Origin: a virus
IMG/VR virus record: IMGVR_UViG_3300028176_000002
Span: 1 to 64,000 of that record
Reading direction: 5' to 3' (one strand)
Length of the DNA stretch: 64,000 nt
Shown: in pieces, positions 18,468-28,204 of the stretch
How the letters are laid out: every line of letters begins with the position of its first letter
Position numbering within the stretch: the stretch's first letter is position 1
The notes under the pieces: generated by a model
The model's input: only the letters and a program-made list of their open reading frames with translations
The model's database searches: none
What the model was told of the DNA's origin: nothing
Made by a program: the position numbers and the translations under genes

Positions 18468-20615
18468 ATGGCTCAATCTGCGGAATTTTTAGCAAAAATA
18501 AAATTAGTAATGGAAGGAACTGCTGCTGCAAAACAGCAAATAGAGTCAATTAAAAAAGATATATCTAATATACCTGATTTAAAAAATGCTACCAGTGCAG
18601 TTATTAGAAAGGCAATGGCGGGTACTGGTGAAGAAACAGTAAAAGCATCAAAAGGAATGGCAGACTTTGGAAAAGCGATGTCCAGAGCCTTAATTGTTGC
18701 CCCAGTATGGATGGCAATGAGAGCAGCAATTCAACAGGTAACTTATTTTGTTCAGGAAGGTATACAGTATTATCTAGAAACTGAACATTCTATGCACAAT
18801 GTTAATGCAGCGATGCAAGAATTAGGTAGTTCTAGTTCAACAACTATGCCGAGATTAATAGAACAATTTCATATTTTATCATCAGAAACTGGTAAATCAG
18901 AAGGTGCAATAGCCAATGTTTTTGCAGAAATGGTGCGAGTATTAGGCGATAGTAATACTGCTTGGACTGCATCAGAAGCAGCTCAAAGATTATCTATTGC
19001 TACCGGTGGAGATGCTGCAAAAATAGCAGAAACATTAGGAATGTTATATAAGTCAAATGGTGAAACATTAAATCAAGCAGCTACTGAAACTCAAAGATTT
19101 AAAGATTTACAGGTAATGCTCTATGAAGCTCAATCTAAAACTCCTGGCGGAATTGAAAAATTAAATGCAAATCTTTTGGCTGGTATTCCAATAATGGCTA
19201 CTGCAAATATATCTATAGAAGATTTTATTAAATTAAACTCAGCTATGGCTGCTGCGGGTATTACTTCAGGAATGGCATTAAAAACTGGTTTAACAAAAAT
19301 CATAACAAACCTATCAGAAGTATCGAATCAGATGGGATTAAGTTTTTCTAAAAATACCCCCACGATGACAGTTTTTATGTCTGTCATGGAAAAATTGGGT
19401 GCTGCAATGAAAACAGGAGAACAAGGAAGTGTAGGTAAAGTTATTAAAGATGTGTTTGGTGGAGTTAGAGGTGGTCAAATAGCAGCAATGGCTAAAGACA
19501 TAGAAACATTACAAAAAAATATGAATACTCCATTAGTAAATGATAGGTCAATTGCATTATATGCTGAACAGATAAAACAGGTAACTGAAGGTGTAGATTT
19601 TCAAGGACAGTTATTTTTAAATTTAAAGAAACAAGCTGGAGATGCATTTATTACAGGAATTATGGGTGGAAATAATTTTGCAGAAGCATTGAAAAATGCA
19701 AATAAAATTATGGAAGATAGTGCTCTTTATGCTCAGAGTTTAGGAGGTGTTTTAAACGCTACATGGAGAACGTTAGGTGCAATATCAACCGCAGGAGTAA
19801 CCGAAGGAATAAAAGGTGAAGAAGGAAGAGCAACAGCAGCAGAAAAAACATATGAATATGAATCCAAAATTCTGGAAGCATTAAAAGGTCAGATGACAGC
19901 ACAAGAAATGATAATGCTGACTGGAGAAATTGAAATAACAAAAGACGGAAGAACTTTAGAACAAAAAAAGGAATTAATAGAATTATTAAAACTACAGGTC
20001 GGAAAAGAACAAGCAGTAACTAAAGCTAAAGAAGACCAAGTTAAAGTAGATAATGATGCGGTAATGTTAGGAAAAGAACAATCAAAAGAATTAGAATCTT
20101 TATTAATGAAATATGCATCTGCTAAACCGGGAGATAGAAAAGACCTTCGCAGAGAAATAGAATTAACGCAAATGTCATCTGAATCTCAGATAACTGCATT
20201 TAACAATAATTCAGGAAATGATAGAAAATTAATGTTAAGTATGCAATCTAAATTAGAAGAAACTACACGAAATGCAATGGCAGGAACGATTGCAAGAGAA
20301 AATGGAATAAGCGTAGGTACTAGATTTGGTCAAGGTCAGCCAATGAGCATTCAAGACCAGTATCCTGGATGGAATATGGGTGGTTCTCCATGGGCTGCAG
20401 TTGGTAAAATGGGTGCTGGTAGTCAAGTTCCTGGAATGACTACAATTAATTCTAAAGGAGCAGATACGATTAATATTAATTTAGCAGTTGAAGCTGGTAA
20501 GGCTTATGAAGAAACTATAAAAAAATTAAATGAAGAAATAATGAATAAAATATTAACAAATCCTAATTTTCAAAAAGCATTTGGAATAGAAGCAAGAAAA
20601 AATAAAGCCCTTTAA
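18468..20615 (+). CDS. Tail tape measure protein
   Basis: 715 aa Ala/Gly/Met-rich helical protein; TP901-like core pattern (AQRLSIATGGD..., GMALKTGL..., VFGGVRGG). Confidence 0.85.
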   Translation: MAQSAEFLAKIKLVMEGTAAAKQQIESIKKDISNIPDLKNATSAVIRKAMAGTGEETVKASKGMADFGKAMSRALIVAPVWMAMRAAIQQVTYFVQEGIQYYLETEHSMHNVNAAMQELGSSSSTTMPRLIEQFHILSSETGKSEGAIANVFAEMVRVLGDSNTAWTASEAAQRLSIATGGDAAKIAETLGMLYKSNGETLNQAATETQRFKDLQVMLYEAQSKTPGGIEKLNANLLAGIPIMATANISIEDFIKLNSAMAAAGITSGMALKTGLTKIITNLSEVSNQMGLSFSKNTPTMTVFMSVMEKLGAAMKTGEQGSVGKVIKDVFGGVRGGQIAAMAKDIETLQKNMNTPLVNDRSIALYAEQIKQVTEGVDFQGQLFLNLKKQAGDAFITGIMGGNNFAEALKNANKIMEDSALYAQSLGGVLNATWRTLGAISTAGVTEGIKGEEGRATAAEKTYEYESKILEALKGQMTAQEMIMLTGEIEITKDGRTLEQKKELIELLKLQVGKEQAVTKAKEDQVKVDNDAVMLGKEQSKELESLLMKYASAKPGDRKDLRREIELTQMSSESQITAFNNNSGNDRKLMLSMQSKLEETTRNAMAGTIARENGISVGTRFGQGQPMSIQDQYPGWNMGGSPWAAVGKMGAGSQVPGMTTINSKGADTININLAVEAGKAYEETIKKLNEEIMNKILTNPNFQKAFGIEARKNKAL

Positions 20616-20626
20616 GGAGATAAGAT

Positions 20627-21043
20627 ATGCCTAACTATACAGTACAATTAGTTTTAAACAATGGAATTACAGGGTCAGAATATATATTTCCTCATGTATT
20701 TTCTGTTAGCGACCCGATAGAAGGTATGAAAGCTACCGTAATTGAAGGAACCCGGGGAAATGGTTCAATAGTAATTCCAGGGGGTAAAAAGAGTCAGCAA
20801 TTAATAATTAGAGGTAGATTAATCGATAATGATGGTTATGCGGATTTAACAAGTTTAATGGCAACGATGAGAAGTATGGTTACTACAAGCCAGGCTACAT
20901 TGACGATGGAACATTTAGTTGGAGCATCTTATGTTCCAGATTGGAGTTATACAGTAAGAAGAATAGATGAAATTGAGTTTGAAGAATCGTTGAGAACGTG
21001 GGAACAACCCTATTCAGTCCGGTTCCTTGTGGTAGCATATTAA
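20627..21043 (+). CDS. Putative distal tail / tube-initiator protein
   Basis: Directly after tape measure; beta-rich, LIIRGRL pattern. Confidence 0.5.
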   Translation: MPNYTVQLVLNNGITGSEYIFPHVFSVSDPIEGMKATVIEGTRGNGSIVIPGGKKSQQLIIRGRLIDNDGYADLTSLMATMRSMVTTSQATLTMEHLVGASYVPDWSYTVRRIDEIEFEESLRTWEQPYSVRFLVVAY

Positions 21044-21044
21044 T

Positions 21045-21722
21045 ATGAAAGATTATAATTATTCAAAAAATAATCATTGTATTTGTGAGAAACCGATTTC
21101 AGATAATGCTACTTTTTGTAATTCATGTGAAAGAAGAAATCGTTATGTTGATAAAAAGAACACTCCTAACTGGAAAGACGGAAAATATTCAACTGTTAAT
21201 TATTGTATCACCTGCCATAAAAAGATAAGTGCAGAAGCAGTGTGTTGTCGTTCTTGTGCTATGAAAGAACTGTTCAATAATCCGAAGAACCATCCAGGTT
21301 ATAAAAATGGAAAAAGTTTAGAAAAATCTTCGTGTATCGTATGTGGTAAAGAATTAAGTCGTGGCGATGCACAAAGATGCTTAAAATGCCATAATAAATA
21401 CGTCTCAGAATTAATTATAGATACTGGAATTATGAAAGGAAAAAATCATTGGAATTGGCACGGTGGTATAACCAGAGAGGGGTATCCATACAGATTTAAC
21501 GGTATACTGAAAGAATTTATTCGTATTCGAGACAATTACATCTGTCAATTATGTTTTAAACCTGGAAAGTATGTTCACCACATTGACTATAATAAGAAAC
21601 ATTGTTCTAAAGATAATTTAATAAATTTATGTTGTTCATGTAATGTTAAGGTAAATTATAACAGAGATAAATGGATGAAATATTTTAAGAAAATAATTAA
21701 AATCTTAATAAGGAGGAATTAA
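21045..21722 (+). CDS. HNH endonuclease (family A) with three zinc-finger repeats
   Basis: CxxC repeats separated by NTPNWKDG/NHPGYKNG/NHWNWHGG; RDNYICQLC..VHHIDYNK...NLINLCCSCN. Confidence 0.9.
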   Translation: MKDYNYSKNNHCICEKPISDNATFCNSCERRNRYVDKKNTPNWKDGKYSTVNYCITCHKKISAEAVCCRSCAMKELFNNPKNHPGYKNGKSLEKSSCIVCGKELSRGDAQRCLKCHNKYVSELIIDTGIMKGKNHWNWHGGITREGYPYRFNGILKEFIRIRDNYICQLCFKPGKYVHHIDYNKKHCSKDNLINLCCSCNVKVNYNRDKWMKYFKKIIKILIRRN

Positions 21723-22358
21723 ATGGCTACAGTTATGAAATTTTTAGTAAACTATGTTAATCCTGCGGTACTTTACGTAACAACACCCGCAAATTACAGG
21801 GAATTAGATTTAGCAAACGATTCTCTTGTTTGGACAAAAGGAGATTTGGTTGTAAAAGATTTAATGAATCATCAACCTATTGCAGCAGAACTAAATGCTG
21901 CTGCTGAAATAATTGACCCTGCACTGGCAGTAACTGTTTCTAAATGTTTATTAAGTACTTTAGTACAGTTTGGTGGTGCATACAATACGCATTTAGTAAA
22001 AGGAATGGGAACTCTTACAGACCGATATGTTTTTTGTTTTAGTTTTGACGGTGCAACAGCTACAGAGCCTCAACTCGAGGCATGGGATGATTCAACACAT
22101 CTTACTTACGCAAAGAACGTTTTAGGTGTAAGTAATGCATTAAATTCTTTTATTAAAGCTGCATGCACTACAGTAATAGTTCCAGGAACATATTCAGAAG
22201 TAGCTGGGGGAAGTAATGTTATTTTATTAAATGCTTCTCTTGGAGCATTAACAGTTGCAAAAGACCTATATGCAAATATTAAAATAGTAATACCTGCTAA
22301 TTATGCAATACCTGCTGCTGAAAGTTTTGTACTTACGACACGTTATACATATTTCTAA
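21723..22358 (+). CDS. Putative virion structural protein
   Basis: Ala/Val/Thr-rich beta protein in tail module, SD AGGAGG. Confidence 0.55.
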   Translation: MATVMKFLVNYVNPAVLYVTTPANYRELDLANDSLVWTKGDLVVKDLMNHQPIAAELNAAAEIIDPALAVTVSKCLLSTLVQFGGAYNTHLVKGMGTLTDRYVFCFSFDGATATEPQLEAWDDSTHLTYAKNVLGVSNALNSFIKAACTTVIVPGTYSEVAGGSNVILLNASLGALTVAKDLYANIKIVIPANYAIPAAESFVLTTRYTYF

Positions 22359-22372
22359 GAAAGGAGTAATAG

Positions 22373-22750
22373 ATGGATAAGCACTTATTTCATGTTGTAT
22401 TTGAAGATAATTCAGGATTCACTGGTGGAGATTATCAAAATACAAAATGGTTGGAAATTGATAAATCAAAAAAAATAAGGACAATATTCTATTTACTTCC
22501 GACAGGAGATTATTTAGGTTTAGGTGGTTTTAAAAAAGTTTATCAGTACATTGAAGTTTTAACGGATTTAAATGGTGCAGAAAGCGGTAAGAAGAAAATT
22601 GATTTCATTTGTTTAATAGTGGAAAAAGAAGATAATTATATTCAATATAAAATAAATCATCAGGACACTGGGGTAGAAATTAATATTTTAAAAAAAGATT
22701 CAGATTATGTCAAAAAATTAAATACTATTGGTTGGAAAAATGGAGCATAA
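22373..22750 (+). CDS. Hypothetical protein
   Basis: ORF with AAGGAG SD. Confidence 0.6.
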   Translation: MDKHLFHVVFEDNSGFTGGDYQNTKWLEIDKSKKIRTIFYLLPTGDYLGLGGFKKVYQYIEVLTDLNGAESGKKKIDFICLIVEKEDNYIQYKINHQDTGVEINILKKDSDYVKKLNTIGWKNGA

Positions 22751-22751
22751 T

Positions 22752-22889
22752 ATGATTAAGAGATACGATTTTACAGACAAAACAATTCATTTAATTAGAA
22801 AACTTCTCGAGGAACATTTACCGAAGGAAGGGACTTTAGATGAAATGGTACAAAAAAGAAATCAATTGTTAGAAAAATTTATCAAATAA
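22752..22889 (+). CDS. Small hypothetical protein (45 aa)
   Basis: MIKRYDFTDK...FIK fills the gap exactly; GGAG upstream. Confidence 0.5.
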   Translation: MIKRYDFTDKTIHLIRKLLEEHLPKEGTLDEMVQKRNQLLEKFIK

Positions 22890-22890
22890 T

Positions 22891-23508
22891 ATGAAAAATC
22901 ACCTTCCAGAATGTCCATGCACAATGTGTAAGATATTAAACGGTGAAGCATTTGGCAAAAATGCTATTAATTATAAACACGGGAAAACTCACAATAACAA
23001 GTGTATTGACTGTGGAACACATATATCTTTTTCTTCGAAAAGATGTAGACCATGCGGTCAGAAGCATCGGTATGAAGACGTTGAAAAACTAATTACTTAT
23101 TGTGTTGATTGCGGAAAAAAGATAGATAATTATAGTAAGAGATGTCAAGTATGCTATTGGAAAAATCTACTACCAACACTAATAAGCGGTCAAAACAATC
23201 ATAACTGGATAAAAGACAGAAGTTTAATTGCGTATTCAGCAGAATTTAATTATGAATTAAAAGAATCAATTCGTAAACGTGATAATTATACTTGTCAAAA
23301 TCCAGAATGTAATATGACAGAAGAAGAACATAAAGAGATTTTCGGACAAGCACTTCATGTTCATCATATCGATTATAACAAGAAGAATTGCAAAGAGGAA
23401 AATTTATTAACACTATGTCTAAGATGTAACGTGAGAGCCAATTATAAACGGAGTTATTGGCAAAGATATTACGAATTAAAAATAAGTAAAATGGAGGTAA
23501 CACTATGA
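22891..23508 (+). CDS. HNH endonuclease (family A)
   Basis: CxxC repeats; RDNYTCQ...LHVHHIDYNKKNC...NLLTLCLRCN. Confidence 0.9.
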   Translation: MKNHLPECPCTMCKILNGEAFGKNAINYKHGKTHNNKCIDCGTHISFSSKRCRPCGQKHRYEDVEKLITYCVDCGKKIDNYSKRCQVCYWKNLLPTLISGQNNHNWIKDRSLIAYSAEFNYELKESIRKRDNYTCQNPECNMTEEEHKEIFGQALHVHHIDYNKKNCKEENLLTLCLRCNVRANYKRSYWQRYYELKISKMEVTL

Positions 23509-23993
23509 GTGCAACATTTCAGTTTTCAGAGAGTAATGGAGTTGGAGAAACAGAAACAGTTCCGATAACAAATCTTAATTTCGGAAGTGAAGATTCCGTA
23601 AATATAAACACTACGAGTCATCCTGTTATAAGAGGAACAAATTCATTTGAAAAGTATATACGAGCAAAATTTACAAGTACATATACTGAGATTAGTAACA
23701 TGAAATTTTGGAAATCCGCAGGAACTTTACTTACGGACGAAGTAATAAAAGCAGCAACTAATCAAGCGTTTGTAACTCCGTCTGCAACAGCTAATGCTGA
23801 TTCAGCAGTACCTACTACGGAAGGAACAGCCTTAACTGTTCAATCTGCAGAAGGTGATGCAACTATAGTTTATGGTGCTTCTGGTGTTAGTGGATACACC
23901 AAATACATTAGATTGCAGACAAGTAGTACGGTATCTACACCTACAGGTGCAGCTAATCAGAAAACATTCACGTTTCAGTACGACGAAGTTTAA
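23505..23993 (+). CDS. Putative virion structural protein
   Basis: Ser/Thr-rich beta protein, NSFEKYIR...YIRLQ...FTFQYDE; SD GGAGGT. Confidence 0.6.
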   Translation: MSATFQFSESNGVGETETVPITNLNFGSEDSVNINTTSHPVIRGTNSFEKYIRAKFTSTYTEISNMKFWKSAGTLLTDEVIKAATNQAFVTPSATANADSAVPTTEGTALTVQSAEGDATIVYGASGVSGYTKYIRLQTSSTVSTPTGAANQKTFTFQYDEV

Positions 23994-24006
23994 GAAAGGA
24001 AATTAA

Positions 24007-24459
24007 ATGGATAATTCAATATCTATAAATTTAAATAGCGGAAACAATCCAATGGATTCGCTAACATTTTACTGGATGGCAGAATTTAAGGATGGTGTTA
24101 TATTTCAATTCGAAGACGGTAAAGAACATAAATTTCAAGAAGTAAAAGACCGTATGAATGAATTAGAATTTTTTCATCTGTATCATAAAAATAGTATGAG
24201 TAATATAAATTTTATAGTAGATTTAAAAAGAGGATTAATTAAAACTTTAGATTCACAAGAACCAGAAATCATAGAGCCAAAAGAAAATATTAGATTAATT
24301 TATTTTAGAAGACACCAGGTAGAATTAAACCAGTCAGGTAGAGAAATAAATCACATAATAAATTACCATTTAGGATTTCAATACAACGATAAATTAGGAA
24401 ACAATAGACAAATCGTCTTAAAAATAGATAATAGTGGCAACTGGATAATAGGAGAATAA
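24007..24459 (+). CDS. Hypothetical protein
   Basis: ORF with AAGGA SD; RLIYFRRH motif. Confidence 0.6.
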   Translation: MDNSISINLNSGNNPMDSLTFYWMAEFKDGVIFQFEDGKEHKFQEVKDRMNELEFFHLYHKNSMSNINFIVDLKRGLIKTLDSQEPEIIEPKENIRLIYFRRHQVELNQSGREINHIINYHLGFQYNDKLGNNRQIVLKIDNSGNWIIGE

Positions 24460-24460
24460 T

Positions 24461-27400
24461 ATGTCTGTAAGTTTAGGAAATGCTACATCAAATGCTAGTT
24501 ATATAGCTCGTCCTGTTACTCGGAAGATACTTAAATCTTCTAATGGGACACTATTATATTTTTATATCGATAAGCAATATATACGATATAAAACTTCTTC
24601 AGATGACGGTGTAACTTGGGATGTAGCATGGACAGCAGCATATACTCAACCAGAAGGCAGAGAAATTGGAGATTTAGATGTTGCAATAGATGGAAGCGAT
24701 AATATTTACTGTTCATGGAACTACTCAGGATGGGACCTGTATCCATATTTTTTAAAATTATCATATTCTGCAGGAGTTTGGACACCGGGTTCAGCAGTAG
24801 TTGTTTATTCAGAATCACACCATGAAACTAATATAGTTGTCCGTGCTAATGGCGATTTATGGATAGTTGGTTTTGACGGTGGTCAATATGTAAGAAGTTA
24901 TTATTCTACTGATGGAGGAGCAAACTGGAATAAAGTTACTAATTTTAATTTAGGTACAAACTGTACCGACTGTAGTGCTATAGCAGTTGGAGACGATGTA
25001 TGGTGCTTTATAAGAAAAGCATACAACAATACTCTTGTTGTTACTAAATATACTACTTCCTGGAGTGCAACAGAAACTGTAACTTCTGACTGCGTTGCAC
25101 CAACCACAGTAGCTTCAGGTAGTGCTGCAGGAACTGCTGCGATTTCTAGTTCAGAAGTATATGTTGCAGCAAATACATCTACCGGCATAAAGGCGTATAA
25201 ATATACAGGAACATGGGATGCCGGAACTGAAATATCTGCTACTGCAGAAGATGAAAATCCCGCAGTTTCAATCGTAGCAGGTAAACCAGTAGTAGTGTGG
25301 ACCCACTGGGATGGAACAAGATTTCAAATAGCATATAGAACATGGAATGGTGCATCATGGGATACCAAAGTAGATGTAACATCAAACGCAGTAGTTCATA
25401 ATACACCACATGCAATAGAAACTGCGGTTGATACATTATATTATGGGTGGTGGGAAGGTGCATCAGCCGGCGAAATTTTATTTGATAAAGTAGATTTAAG
25501 TCTTTCAATTAAACAGGAAATATATTCCGATGTTTCTTTTAAATCTCCATCAACTGAAATATTATCAGATATTTATTTTGTTTCACATACAGAAGATTTA
25601 TTATCTGATGTAAAATTTCAGGGAACTGAGTTATCAACTATTTTATCTGATGCCAAATTCTCCGCAGAAGTTTTATATAATGTCAACAATAAGGTTGGTT
25701 TTGTTTCCGGGATTTTATATGATATTTCTAATAAATTCAGTTTTGTAAATAGTTTATTGTCTGATATAAATAATTTTATCAATACTGCAATAAGAGTTAT
25801 TTCTGATACAAATAATGATTTTAGAATGCGTGGTTTAGGAATTTTTAGTATCAACAATGATATTAGATTTTTAAAATCATATCAAATTCCCGGAGCAGTA
25901 GGATTTCAATCATTAGGAAAAACGTATATACATGTTTATTTTAATAATGTAGAACAAACAGACGTAAATGTTGATAGTATAGAGATTCATAAAATATTAA
26001 ATGGTGCTCATACTGCTTCTTTAGATTTAGCCCGTGCGTATGATGTGAATGTTCCAGTATTAGAAACTGTTGTAACTATTTATTATGATTCTAATTTACT
26101 ATACAAAGGGTATATTACTGAAATTAATCCGACAGAAGCTCCAGAAAATATAAATATAATATGTAACGATAAATACTGGTATCAGAATAGAACTACTAAA
26201 TATTTTTTCGTAGGTCATGAACCAATAGAAAATGTCGCACCTAACATAGTAGAAACTTATTATCCCACACCTAAAACCGCACTTGCAACAGAAGTTGGAT
26301 TAAATGTAGATTTTGGTAATTTTGTTCCACAGACTATCGGATGTTTTGGTACGCCCGAATCTGATGCAATAAGTTCTTTAATTGATGCATCTGGTAATTT
26401 TGGATGGTATTATGATGTAGATGATACTAAGAAGATTTGGAGAGCGGGTCAAGGCACGGTAATCGATATAAATAGACAGGTATTAGGTAGTAATATAAAA
26501 TTATATGACTTATTAAATCATCAATTCAAAAAAGATGCATCTAATGTTATTAATAAATTTAGGGTTCAGATGGGAAATAGGACCTATGTAGGCAGTAGAG
26601 AATATTCTTCTTATACCTTTAGAAATTATGCTAAATTCGTTAATCCCGCATGGGATACTTCAATTCCATTAATTTCATCAAATGATGATGTTTCGACATG
26701 GGTAAATCACTCTGCAGAAGACGCAAGTTTATATACTGACGTTTTAAAAAAATATACTTTACCTTATTTAGACCCTAAATTAGAACAATACGCAGATAAC
26801 CGTCCTTCATATGTAGAAATATATAGTCGTGGCGGAACATTTGGATTTGTCGGTCCACTCAATTTACAATATGAAAAAACTCTTTATGAAGGATTTACTA
26901 TTGATTTTGAAAATAGGACTATTACATTTAATGACCCAATGTTTTTGTATCAACCTGATGCTAACGGAGAACCGATTAATATTAGTCAACCAATAATTAA
27001 AGTATTTCTTTGGAAAAAAGTATTAAGTTCTCATACAGATGACCCGGTAAATAATCCTTTAGTATTTTATACACCGAAGATGGGTTCATATCCGGTTACA
27101 ATCACAAAAGAATTAAATTTATCTGATTTAAGTATCTCAGATGGTGCAACATGGAAATATTATGATGGTGTAACTCATCAGATACCACAGTATGATGATA
27201 CTGCGTTTGCTACAGATATTGCTAAATGGAATCTTAGTAAAACACAGGAAGAAAGAATAAATGGTAATATTGAAGTAACATTAGATACATTATGTTATTA
27301 TGGAATTGATTTAACTAAGAGAATAAATATAAATGGCATCACTACTGCACCTATGAATATTTTATCAATAGATATTAAACTAAATGATTTTAAAGTATCT

Positions 27401-27463
27401 GTAAACTTAGATAACAGTCAACCATATCAGCGGACGATATCAATGTCCTATAGAGGGGAATAA
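24461..27463 (+). CDS. Large tail-tip protein: BNR/Asp-box beta-propeller, repeat stalk, hub-like C-terminus
   Basis: Asp-boxes SSDDGVTW and YSTDGGANW; ~14-aa xLSDxxF/NNxxxF repeats; LLYKGYITEI hub-like segment. Confidence 0.7.
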   Translation: MSVSLGNATSNASYIARPVTRKILKSSNGTLLYFYIDKQYIRYKTSSDDGVTWDVAWTAAYTQPEGREIGDLDVAIDGSDNIYCSWNYSGWDLYPYFLKLSYSAGVWTPGSAVVVYSESHHETNIVVRANGDLWIVGFDGGQYVRSYYSTDGGANWNKVTNFNLGTNCTDCSAIAVGDDVWCFIRKAYNNTLVVTKYTTSWSATETVTSDCVAPTTVASGSAAGTAAISSSEVYVAANTSTGIKAYKYTGTWDAGTEISATAEDENPAVSIVAGKPVVVWTHWDGTRFQIAYRTWNGASWDTKVDVTSNAVVHNTPHAIETAVDTLYYGWWEGASAGEILFDKVDLSLSIKQEIYSDVSFKSPSTEILSDIYFVSHTEDLLSDVKFQGTELSTILSDAKFSAEVLYNVNNKVGFVSGILYDISNKFSFVNSLLSDINNFINTAIRVISDTNNDFRMRGLGIFSINNDIRFLKSYQIPGAVGFQSLGKTYIHVYFNNVEQTDVNVDSIEIHKILNGAHTASLDLARAYDVNVPVLETVVTIYYDSNLLYKGYITEINPTEAPENINIICNDKYWYQNRTTKYFFVGHEPIENVAPNIVETYYPTPKTALATEVGLNVDFGNFVPQTIGCFGTPESDAISSLIDASGNFGWYYDVDDTKKIWRAGQGTVIDINRQVLGSNIKLYDLLNHQFKKDASNVINKFRVQMGNRTYVGSREYSSYTFRNYAKFVNPAWDTSIPLISSNDDVSTWVNHSAEDASLYTDVLKKYTLPYLDPKLEQYADNRPSYVEIYSRGGTFGFVGPLNLQYEKTLYEGFTIDFENRTITFNDPMFLYQPDANGEPINISQPIIKVFLWKKVLSSHTDDPVNNPLVFYTPKMGSYPVTITKELNLSDLSISDGATWKYYDGVTHQIPQYDDTAFATDIAKWNLSKTQEERINGNIEVTLDTLCYYGIDLTKRININGITTAPMNILSIDIKLNDFKVSVNLDNSQPYQRTISMSYRGE

Positions 27464-27464
27464 A

Positions 27465-28193
27465 ATGACACTAAATGAACGCATCGAACAATTAGAAAAT
27501 ATGGTTCTTCAATTATCAGTAAAAGTTAAAGATTTAACTCAGAATACCGAAGATAAAACTACATTACCTCAATCAGTTGTAGGTGGTATTCGAGATAGAA
27601 GCACTATTAGACCTATAGACCAAACATCTGGTCTTAATCAGAACTTAGGTGGCGCAGTTATTTGGAATAGTCCCGAGATTAATGTTACTCCCGGCACTCC
27701 TCCGGTTGACCCGGAAACAATCCACGGGTCAAAAGGATATAATAAACATTCTCATTCACGGTATTCCGGTGGAGCATTAATAAAAGGAATATTAGAAATC
27801 GTGGAGTATGACGATGATTGGTCTTCAATAAATCCGCATTCTCAGGGATACTGGAATCCTGTTCCAAAGATAAAAATGATGGCACCTACAGTTGGTTTAG
27901 CAGTTCCGATGATAGGTGCTTTAGATTTAGTATTCAACGCTGATAAAAAAACGTGGGGCTGTCCAGCATACGAGATTGATGTAAAGAAATGTTTTTTTGT
28001 AGAAAGAGTAAGCGTAATTGACGACAGCAATCCTACGTTAGGTGAAATAAAGAAAGATTCTAAAGGTAAGGAAATGAAATCTCCTCTTTATAGCACTGAT
28101 GTAACAAAAACATCTGTTGCATGGGATGAAAATGGTCAATGTTGGAGATTTTATGCAGTATATGCACCTGTACCAGTGGTTCCTACACCGTAA
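27465..28193 (+). CDS. Putative tail-tip protein
   Basis: N-terminal coiled coil; HSHS motif; follows large tail protein. Confidence 0.5.
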   Translation: MTLNERIEQLENMVLQLSVKVKDLTQNTEDKTTLPQSVVGGIRDRSTIRPIDQTSGLNQNLGGAVIWNSPEINVTPGTPPVDPETIHGSKGYNKHSHSRYSGGALIKGILEIVEYDDDWSSINPHSQGYWNPVPKIKMMAPTVGLAVPMIGALDLVFNADKKTWGCPAYEIDVKKCFFVERVSVIDDSNPTLGEIKKDSKGKEMKSPLYSTDVTKTSVAWDENGQCWRFYAVYAPVPVVPTP

Positions 28194-28204
28194 GGAGTAA
28201 TTAA

